DNA from: an uncultured Chloroflexia bacterium
GTDB lineage: Bacteria > Chloroflexota > Anaerolineae > Anaerolineales > Villigracilaceae
Direction of reading: 5' to 3'
NCBI GenBank assembly: GCA_963827305.1
Contig: CAWHAM010000007.1
Location: 14,812-78,811, forward strand
DNA: 64,000 bases
The translations under genes were made by a program, and so were the position numbers. The notes under the pieces were generated by a model that was not told the DNA's origin, did no database searches, and worked only from the letters and a program-made list of their open reading frames with translations. Each line of letters starts with the position of its first letter. Position 1 is the first letter of the stretch. Of this stretch, positions 56,954-64,000 are shown in pieces.

Positions 56954-59516
56954 ATGGTCGAACCTGAACCGACCGGCCCGGGGCCGGAACCAGTCAAACA
57001 AGTCATTGGCACCGTTCAGATGGCAGACATCGACGAGACCATGCGCATCGCCTACCTTGACTATGCCATGTCTGTCATCGTCGCGCGTGCCCTGCCGGAT
57101 GCGCGGGACGGATTGAAACCCGTCCACCGGCGGATCTTGTATGCCATGCAGGACATGGGCATCCGTGCCAATTCAGCTTTCAAGAAATCCGCCCGTATCG
57201 TCGGTGAAGTCCTGGGCAAGTATCACCCGCATGGCGATCTGGCTGTCTACGAGTTCGATGGCGCGCATGGCTCAGGATTTCTCCATGCGATATCTTCTGG
57301 TGGATGGCCAGGGCAACTTTGGGTCGGTGGATGGCGATGCACCCGCAGCCATGCGTTACACCGAAGCCCGCCTGCACAGAATGGCCGAGGAATTGCTGGC
57401 CGATCTTGACAAGGATACGGTGGACTTCACTGATAATTTCGATGGTTCGCTCAAAGAACCGCTGGTTCTGCCTTCCCGTCTCCCTAACCTGCTGCTCAAT
57501 GGATCGTCTGGGATTGCCGTTGGCATGGCAACCAATATCCCGCCACATAATCTCAAGGAACTGGCCGCGGCACTGATCTACCTTATCAACAACTACGATA
57601 CGATGGACGAAGTCCCGATCGAGTTTTTGATGAAATTCATTCCCGGACCGGATTTTCCCACCGGCGGTATCATCGTCGGAACAGAGGGTATCGAAGCCGC
57701 CTACGGGTCCGGGAAGGGCCGCATTGTGGTGCGTGGTAAAGCCCACATCGAAGAGATGTCCGGCAATCGCTACCGCATCGTCATCACCGAAATCCCCTAT
57801 CAGGTCAACAAGGCCACCCTGATCGAACGCATCGCCGACCTTGTCCGTGATGAGAAGATCGACTCCATCTCGGACCTGCGGGACGAGTTTGACCGGCGTG
57901 GCATGAGCATCGTCATCGAGCTGAAACGCGGCGCCCAGCCCAAGAAGGTGCTCAACCAGCTCTACAAGTACACGGCCCTCCAATCCACCTTTGGCGTACA
58001 GATGCTCGCCCTCGTTGACGGCGAACCGCGTCTTCTCCCGCTCAAACGGGCGCTGCAAATATTCATCGAACACCGCCAGACCGTGCTCACCCGCCGCACC
58101 CAATTCGAACTGGAAAAAGCCCGTGCACGTGCCCATATCCTGGAAGGTCTGACGATCGCCCTATCCAACCTGGATGCTGTCATTCAGACCATCCGCGAAT
58201 CCCCGGACGCGGATATGGCCAAGGAACGCCTGATGAAGCGTTTCAAATTGTCCGATCTCCAGGCCCAGGCCATCCTGGACATGCAACTGCGCCGCCTGGC
58301 TGCCCTGGAACGCCAGAAAATCGAGGATGAATACAAACAGGTCAAACAACAGATCGTCCACTTCGAAGACCTGCTTGCCCATCCAAAGAAGATCCTGGCG
58401 CTCATTCAGGAGGATTTGCGGGAACTCTCCGATAAATATGGCGACGAGCGTCGCACGCACATCGCCGTCGAGGCCATCGAGAACCTGAGCGAATTGGACC
58501 TCGTGCCAGACGAGGCCGTGCTGATCTCGCTCACCGCCCAGGGCTACGTCAAGCGGGTTGCTGCCGCCGCCTACCGTTACCAGGTGAAAGGCGGCAAGGG
58601 TGTGACCGGTCATATGACCAAGGAAGAAGATGAGATCCTGACCCTCATCCCAGCGCGCTCGCTAGACACCATGCTGTTCTTTTCCGACAAGGGCAAGGTT
58701 TATTCTGAAAAGGTCTACCAGATCCCCGACGCCGACCGGGCTGCCAAAGGCATCCCTCTGGTGAATGTGTTGTCGCTGGAGCCTGGTGAGATCATCACCG
58801 CGGCAGTAGCTGTGCCAAACTTCGAGACTGTGGAATTCATAACGCTTGCCACGCGCAATGGAAAGATCAAGCGCATGGCCCTGTCCGAGCTGGTGGCGGT
58901 CCGTCCCTCCGGCATCATCGCCATCGGGCTGGAAGAAGGTGATGAATTGGACTGGGCGCGCCTGACGCATGGCGACAACGAAATCATCCTTGTCACCGAG
59001 CAGGGGCAGGCACTGCGTTTCGCCGAGGACGAAGTCCGCTCGATGGGACGCTCGGCCGGCGGCGTGACCGGTATCCGGCTGGCCACCAATGACAAAGTCA
59101 CCAGCATGGAAGTCATTGAGGAAGGCGGCGATCTTTTACTGGTGACAACCCAGGGCTTTGGCAAGCGCACGGCTCTGACGGAGTACCCGGTCAAAGGGCG
59201 CGCCACCGGCGGAGTACAGACCATCGCCCGCGCCGCCGCCGACAAGATTGGCACCATCACATCCGCACGCGTCGTCCAGGAAGTCGACGATCTGACCATC
59301 ATCACCGCCAATGGCATGGTCCTGCGCACCAGGGTCAAGGATGTGAAACAAGCCGGGCGCGCCACGCGCGGCGTCCATCTGATGGAGGTCAAGGAAGGGG
59401 ACCGGGTGGTATCCATCGCCCGCATCGCCACTGCCGAGCTCAAAAAAGCCGGTGCCAGCACCAACGGCGAGCCTGGCCCTGAGCCAGGCAAACAGTTCGA
59501 ATTACCAAATATATAA
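56954..59516 (+). CDS. gyrA: DNA gyrase subunit A, with an apparent 1-nt insertion near 57254-57257
   Basis: The N-terminus ([33 protein letters not shown]...[12 protein letters not shown]) is in ORF 56939..57409. The rest ([23 protein letters not shown]...) is in ORF 57141..59516. ATG 56954 is preceded by GAGGA. Confidence 0.9.
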
Positions 59517-59535
59517 ATGGCACCCCTTCAGAATC

Positions 59536-59578
59536 AAAACTCCCGGTCTCGGAAATCGACCGGGAGTTCATATTTAAA
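59536..59578. terminator. bidirectional terminator between gyrA and the convergent small gene
   Basis: AACTCCCGGTC-TCGGAAATC-GACCGGGAGTT, an 11-bp stem flanked by A- and T-rich tracts. Confidence 0.6.
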
Positions 59579-59810
59579 ATGATATTGGCAGAATCCATTT
59601 TCCAGTCATCACGAGAAGGATCACTCCCCCCAGGCACACGATCACCAGCAGCATCAAGGCCAGCATCAAACGCTGCTTGTCGTTGGTATGGGTTATCTGG
59701 TCGAGCGAGCGGCGGGGTTTGGGCGGCTTGGGCTGCTCCGGGTGGCTGACTTCCGGCGGATCTTCTTCTCCCGGTTCAAAAGTGGCCTCGTTACGCAGGT
59801 CTTTGAGCAT
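59574..59810 (-). CDS. small single-pass membrane protein (hypothetical)
   Basis: 78 aa. Acidic/Pro-rich N-terminus, one TM (LMLALMLLVIVCLGGVILLVM). Co-directional downstream of birA. Confidence 0.45.
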   Translation of the reverse strand: MLKDLRNEATFEPGEEDPPEVSHPEQPKPPKPRRSLDQITHTNDKQRLMLALMLLVIVCLGGVILLVMTGKWILPISF

Positions 59811-59835
59811 GGGTCACCTCACGCCAAAAAGTATA

Positions 59836-60636
59836 TCACACAACCGGACGCAAGTGCACTTCGCCGGATTTGATCGTAAAGGCCTGCCCCTGAGGAGAAA
59901 GTAAACGCAGCCGTCCATCCGGCTCCAGACCGTCCACTTGGCCCGTTCTCGAGGCCTGTCCAGCCTCCCGGATCTCCACTGGCTCCCCGCGAAAGGCCAA
60001 GCGTTCCTCCCAGGCGTGCAGGAAAATATCGGTTGTGACCAAGCTGCGCCAATATAGCATGGCCTGGAGGATCTGCTGGAGTAATTCCGCCCGTTGGAAC
60101 GTCCCAATCGTGTAATCGGTGAAGGGCAGTTCAGCCTCCAGACAGGTCGCAGGGAAATTGAGCTGTTCGGGCGGAGGGACTGACTCAGGCTTGATATTAA
60201 GCCCAACACCCAGGACGATACATTCCACCTGCTCTCCCAGCCAGACCAATTCGGCCAATATTCCACAAACCTTGCGGCGGTTGAGCAGGACATCATTGGG
60301 CCATTTAATCTCCGGATCCAGGCGCTGCGCCGCGAGTACTTCGCAAACTGCCAATGCACCCAAGGCCGAATAGAGTGGGGTGGTTTGCTCCTTGCCAAGC
60401 AAGGGCCGCAATACCAGGCTGAAAGCCAAAGCTGCGCCCGGCGGGGTAAACCAGGTGTTGCTGCCGCGTCCACGCCCGGCCGTTTGCTCCTCGGCATAGA
60501 CCAACGCCAGGTCCGGAGCATCGACCGCGGCCCACGCCAGGGCGACATCATTGGTTGAACCGGTTTGCTCCAAATAGCGCAGCCCGCCCAATGGGATGTT
60601 AGAAAGCGTTTTTCGAAGGGTATGCTCGTCCATCAT
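59836..60636 (-). CDS. birA: biotin--[acetyl-CoA-carboxylase] ligase (no N-terminal HTH)
   Basis: GRGRGSNTWFTPPG motif, KWPNDVL, C-terminal SH3-like domain. Confidence 0.85.
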   Translation of the reverse strand: MMDEHTLRKTLSNIPLGGLRYLEQTGSTNDVALAWAAVDAPDLALVYAEEQTAGRGRGSNTWFTPPGAALAFSLVLRPLLGKEQTTPLYSALGALAVCEVLAAQRLDPEIKWPNDVLLNRRKVCGILAELVWLGEQVECIVLGVGLNIKPESVPPPEQLNFPATCLEAELPFTDYTIGTFQRAELLQQILQAMLYWRSLVTTDIFLHAWEERLAFRGEPVEIREAGQASRTGQVDGLEPDGRLRLLSPQGQAFTIKSGEVHLRPVV

Positions 60637-60681
60637 TCTTAATGAAAACCCGGTTTTCCAGAAAACCGGGTTGCGAATATT

Positions 60682-61728
60682 TTACTGTGCGGGTAATAGA
60701 TACCATGGATCCAGGGGATTGCCATCCAGGCGGATCTCGAAGTGCAGATGCGGACCGGTTGAGTTGCCCGTACTGCCTGCCAGACCAATCCCCTGGCCGG
60801 AGGAAACGCCTTCGCAAACGGTCACGTTGATCTGGCTCAAGTGGCCGTAGACGGTCAAATAGCCATTGCCGTGGTCGATCATGACCACATTTCCGTAGCC
60901 TCCATTCCAACCGCCCTGCGCCATCGTGACCACACCGGCGGAGGCGGCCCAGACAGGCGCGCCCAGCCCGGCCGCGATATCGATCCCGGGATGACCCGAC
61001 CAAAAATCATTGCCCGAGAGATAATGGTTGGCGGTCGGCCAGATGAAACCACTGCCGACCGGCCCGGCGCCGCAGGCCGTGCCGCTATAGTTCGTGGCGC
61101 TCGAGCGCACGATGGTCGGGATATTCCACACCACCACCTTTTGATGCCCGCCGGGAACCATCACATAATCACCCGCCTTGACCTGCTGGCTGGCCAAATC
61201 GATGGTGTTACCGGGCCAATTGAGAATATCGTCGAGGTTGGCGGAAAACTTTTTTGCAATCGATGCGAGGGTATCCCCCGCCTGGACTTGATAATAGACC
61301 CCGTCCACGGGCGGCACCTTGAGCACCTGCCCCACCTGCAGACTTTCCGGACTATCCTTTAAAATATCGCTGTTGGCCCAAAACAGGGTTTCCGGCTTGA
61401 GGTTGAATTGCTTGGCGACGCTGAACAGGGCATCCCCGGGCTGGACGGTGTACTGGGTGACCGTGAAATTGATCTTCGACGTGATATCGGTCTTGAGCCA
61501 GACCTGCCTGACAAGCGCCTGCGAAACCACCGCAGGAACATTAGCAATGGTAACGGTGGGAACAGCCGTACTGGTTTCTGCAGTAGGAGTGGCTTGTGGA
61601 GGCGCAGCAGAAACCGGCCGAGGGTAGAGCCGCCTGAACCCGAAGCCAAGCAGGCCGAAGACGATCAGAATAGTCACTCCCCATGAGATACCGGTAAACA
61701 GGCGGGGAGATCTCGAACTCTTACCCAT
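60682..61728 (-). CDS. M23 family metallopeptidase with two LysM domains
   Basis: N-terminal TM. LysM repeats (YTVQPGDALFSVAKQF, YQVQAGDTLASIAKKF). M23 motifs HPGIDIAA and GNSTGPHLHFEI. Confidence 0.9.
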   Translation of the reverse strand: MGKSSRSPRLFTGISWGVTILIVFGLLGFGFRRLYPRPVSAAPPQATPTAETSTAVPTVTIANVPAVVSQALVRQVWLKTDITSKINFTVTQYTVQPGDALFSVAKQFNLKPETLFWANSDILKDSPESLQVGQVLKVPPVDGVYYQVQAGDTLASIAKKFSANLDDILNWPGNTIDLASQQVKAGDYVMVPGGHQKVVVWNIPTIVRSSATNYSGTACGAGPVGSGFIWPTANHYLSGNDFWSGHPGIDIAAGLGAPVWAASAGVVTMAQGGWNGGYGNVVMIDHGNGYLTVYGHLSQINVTVCEGVSSGQGIGLAGSTGNSTGPHLHFEIRLDGNPLDPWYLLPAQ

Positions 61729-61732
61729 AAAT

Positions 61733-63010
61733 TTATAAGCCTTCCGTCAAGGTCTCCAAAAATTCCTGATTGTTCCTGGTCTTGGTGAGACGCTGCAGGA
61801 GCGCCTCGGTGGCCATGGAGGAATCCATGCCGGCGCCCTGGGGCGGCGGCGAAACCATCTGGATGTACATGCGTCGCATGATCCAAACGCGCTGGAGGAT
61901 ATCCGGGCCGAGCAGCAGGTCCTCGCGGCGGGTGGAGGAACGTTCGATATCCACAGCCGGGAAAATGCGGCGCTCCTGGAGCTTGCGGGTCAGGATCAAT
62001 TCCATGTTGCCGGTGCCCTTGAACTCCTCGTAGACCACGTCATCCAGGCGGGAGCCGGTTTCCACCAGGCAGGTGGCGATGATGGTGAGACTGCCACCTT
62101 CCTCCAGGTTGCGGGCCGCCCCGAAGAAATGCTTGGGCGGGTACAAGGCCGAGGGGTCCATACCACCGGAGAGCGTACGCCCGGATGGGTTGACGACCAG
62201 GTTGTAAGCGCGCGCCAAGCGGGTGATCGAATCCATCAGAATGACGACATGCCGGCCGATCTCGGTGAGGCGCTTGGCGCGGTCGAGGGCAATTTCGGCC
62301 GTGCGGACGTGCGAGGTGACCGGCTCATCGAAGGTGGAGGCGATCACTTCGGCATCCACCGAACGGTCCATGTCGGTCACTTCCTCAGGGCGTTCACCGA
62401 TCAAGGCAACCATCAGATGCACGTCCGGGTATTGCGTGGAAATTGCGTTGGCAATCTGCTTCAAGATGGTGGTCTTGCCGGCCTTGGGCGGAGAGACGAT
62501 CAGGCCGCGCTGGCCGCGACCGATCGGGACGATCAGGTTGATCAGGCGGGTAGAGAGGATATCGCCCTTGGTCTCCAGGTCGAAGCGCCGGTCGGGGAAG
62601 ATGGGGGTGAGGTCTTCGAAGCGGGGACGGCGGCGGGCGTCCTCGGGGTCGATCCCGTTGACGGATTCCACCTTGATCAGGCCCCAGTGCCGTTCCGATT
62701 CACGCGGCGGGCGGACGTGGCCGATGACCAGGTCACCGGAGCGCATCTCGTAACGCCTGAGCTGGGCCTGGCTGACATAGACGTCATCTTCACTGATGCT
62801 GTAACGGGCCGAGCGCAGGAAACCGATGCCCTCGCTCATGATCTCGAGGATGCCACCGCGCATGTCAATGCCCTGCCGGGCAGCCTCTTCCTGGCAAATG
62901 GACAGGATGAGGGCCTCCTTCTTCAGGCGGTGGGCATTGACCACGTTGAATTCCTTGGCGATATTGCGCAATTCGGCCAAGGGCTTGTTTTCAAGTTCAA
63001 GTATGTTCAT
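61733..63010 (-). CDS. rho: transcription termination factor Rho
   Basis: 425 aa. Rho N-domain and CSD-like RNA-binding domain, Walker A PPKAGKTT, Q/R loops, C-terminal consensus. Confidence 0.95.
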   Translation of the reverse strand: MNILELENKPLAELRNIAKEFNVVNAHRLKKEALILSICQEEAARQGIDMRGGILEIMSEGIGFLRSARYSISEDDVYVSQAQLRRYEMRSGDLVIGHVRPPRESERHWGLIKVESVNGIDPEDARRRPRFEDLTPIFPDRRFDLETKGDILSTRLINLIVPIGRGQRGLIVSPPKAGKTTILKQIANAISTQYPDVHLMVALIGERPEEVTDMDRSVDAEVIASTFDEPVTSHVRTAEIALDRAKRLTEIGRHVVILMDSITRLARAYNLVVNPSGRTLSGGMDPSALYPPKHFFGAARNLEEGGSLTIIATCLVETGSRLDDVVYEEFKGTGNMELILTRKLQERRIFPAVDIERSSTRREDLLLGPDILQRVWIMRRMYIQMVSPPPQGAGMDSSMATEALLQRLTKTRNNQEFLETLTEGL

Positions 63011-63185
63011 ATGGCTTTCTCAATGTATATATTCAATGTATATATATTGAATTGATGGAGACAAGGCAAAGGACAAGCCCCCCAGAGCAGGCTTGTGGAG
63101 TATTCGATTTTAAGAAGTTGGGTAAGGGCTCAAGAATTTCAACTTTTCATCTTGACGGGGATATGTCAAGCTAAAGGTCGGCTGG

Positions 63186-63214
63186 ATTATAGCACGCATG
63201 TGGGGGAGGCGCAA
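63186..63214 (-). promoter_or_regulatory. candidate sigma70-type promoter of rho
   Basis: Minus strand reads TTGCGC-17 nt-TATAAT, implying a leader of about 170 nt that contains the hairpin CTTGAC-N8-GTCAAG. Sequence match only. Confidence 0.35.
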
Positions 63215-63299
63215 GCGGGAGGGATAGGAAGAAATTCACCACGAAGGACACCAAGGACACGAAGAAAGAAGAAATGTTTCTTTTGTCAAATGTCAAGTG

Positions 63300-64000
63300 T
63301 CGCGCCACCCCCATAACTGGGGGCTTTCCCCCATTACTGGGGGCTTCCCCTTGCCCCACCCCCGACCCCTCCCCAAATCCTGCGGATTTAGGGAGGGGAG
63401 AACCTGACCCCACCCCCATTCTGGGGGCTTCCCCCATGCACCCTTCGCCCCATGGGGTGCAGGCGGGTACAGGCTGGGGGCTTCCCCTATTCACCCTTAG
63501 CCCCATGGGGGCAGGCGGGTACAGGCTACAGGCTTCTCCTGGCGCTGATCCCAAGCAGGAGAAGGATTTCTTTACAGCGCTATTAAAGTTTTAAGGTTCG
63601 GCACAGGTGAAACCCCCTCGGGGATTCCCAGCAACTCGTGTCCCACCCCCATAACTGGGGGCTTCCCCCATAACTGGGGGCTTCCCCCATGCTAGGGGTC
63701 CTGAAAGTGCACAGGACAGGCAAGCGGGATGCTGCGTGATCGCTGGGACTGCCAATCCTGAAAATACACAGGACTTTGGGGGCTGGAAGCCGCCTCGGGG
63801 AGTCCCAGCGACTCGTGTCGCTGGGACTGCCGATGGCCAGAGTACTGGCCACTTTGGCGGCTTGCCTGCCTGCGCCACTACCACAGGTACAGGTGCACCT
63901 GTGGCGCCCTGCTAATATGCCCTGACAAGAGTAGTCAGGACAGGCAGGGCAGGCAGGCACAGGTGAAGCCCCCTCGGGGAGTATTTGATATTTGAAAACA
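63300..64000. repeat. non-coding field of short GC-rich hairpin repeats (several families); runs to the window end
   Basis: CCCCCAT(A/T)ACTGGGGGCTT at 63308, 63328, 63413, 63646 and 63665. A 52-53-nt tandem duplicate at 63421-63473 and 63474-63525. GAAGCCCCCTCGGGGAGT-like copies at ~63607, ~63787 and ~63964. Perfect 11-bp hairpin at 63802-63827. Confidence 0.7.

Noticed and set aside
63308-63683. G-quadruplex or i-motif formation by the repeated G5/C5 blocks.
   Set aside because: The G-runs on one strand are separated by about 14 nt and alternate with complementary C-runs, so Watson-Crick hairpins are far more likely than canonical G4 structures.
63171-63960. ORFs 63171..63554 (-), 63274..63594 (+) and 63583..63960 (-) as protein genes.
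   Set aside because: Their translations are low-complexity Gly/Pro/Ala/Ser strings produced by the G5/C5 repeats. They overlap each other on both strands and have no start context or family resemblance.

Overview
Gene-dense 64-kb chromosomal segment with about 58 protein genes and 2 tRNA genes, mostly on the minus strand, with visibly patchy GC content. Housekeeping anchors are cspA-like, proC, ruvA, ruvC, yebC, degV, gyrA, birA, rho, an initiator-type tRNA-Met and tRNA-Pro(CGG). Accessory and envelope content: (1) 1-7.3 kb, an operon with an orphan receiver, CPBP and YhfC intramembrane proteases, a small membrane protein, an ABC ATPase, two ABC-2 permeases and a second ABC ATPase. (2) 8.9-15 kb, a NarL-type response regulator with two HisKA_3 kinases, one a 1240-aa propeller/Y_Y_Y/GAF sensor. 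(3) chrA, padR and modAB. (4) 20-25 kb, three tandem GT87/DUF2029 paralogs (the middle one decayed) plus a GT-C-like membrane protein. (5) A GH13-like enzyme, DUF362 with a TAT signal, and a phosphodiester glycosidase. (6) An ATP-grasp plus GNAT pair, a CDF transporter, a methyltransferase and an ABC-F ATPase. (7) A nusG-paralog-led sugar-modification operon (epimerase, DegT aminotransferase, MFS, GNAT-like). (8) A MacAB-like efflux set and a stand-alone GltD-like oxidoreductase. Six GNAT-type genes are present. Lipoproteins with Pro/Thr-rich linkers, HisKA_3 kinases and GT87 genes suggest a Chloroflexota/Anaerolineae-like organism; this is inference only, since no search was possible. The most unusual signal is that both tRNA genes are followed by 3-4 tandem 73-83-nt units. 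Each unit re-creates the last third of its own tRNA around a 19-nt insertion placed exactly in the T-loop, and the insertion is related between the two otherwise unrelated arrays. Also notable are a 700-nt field of G5/C5 hairpin repeats upstream of rho and several disrupted genes. The disruptions are gyrA, modA, CDF and GT87 frameshifts, three of them at 4-5-nt homopolymer runs and gyrA at a tt dinucleotide, plus a methyltransferase cut by tandem in-frame TGA TGA.
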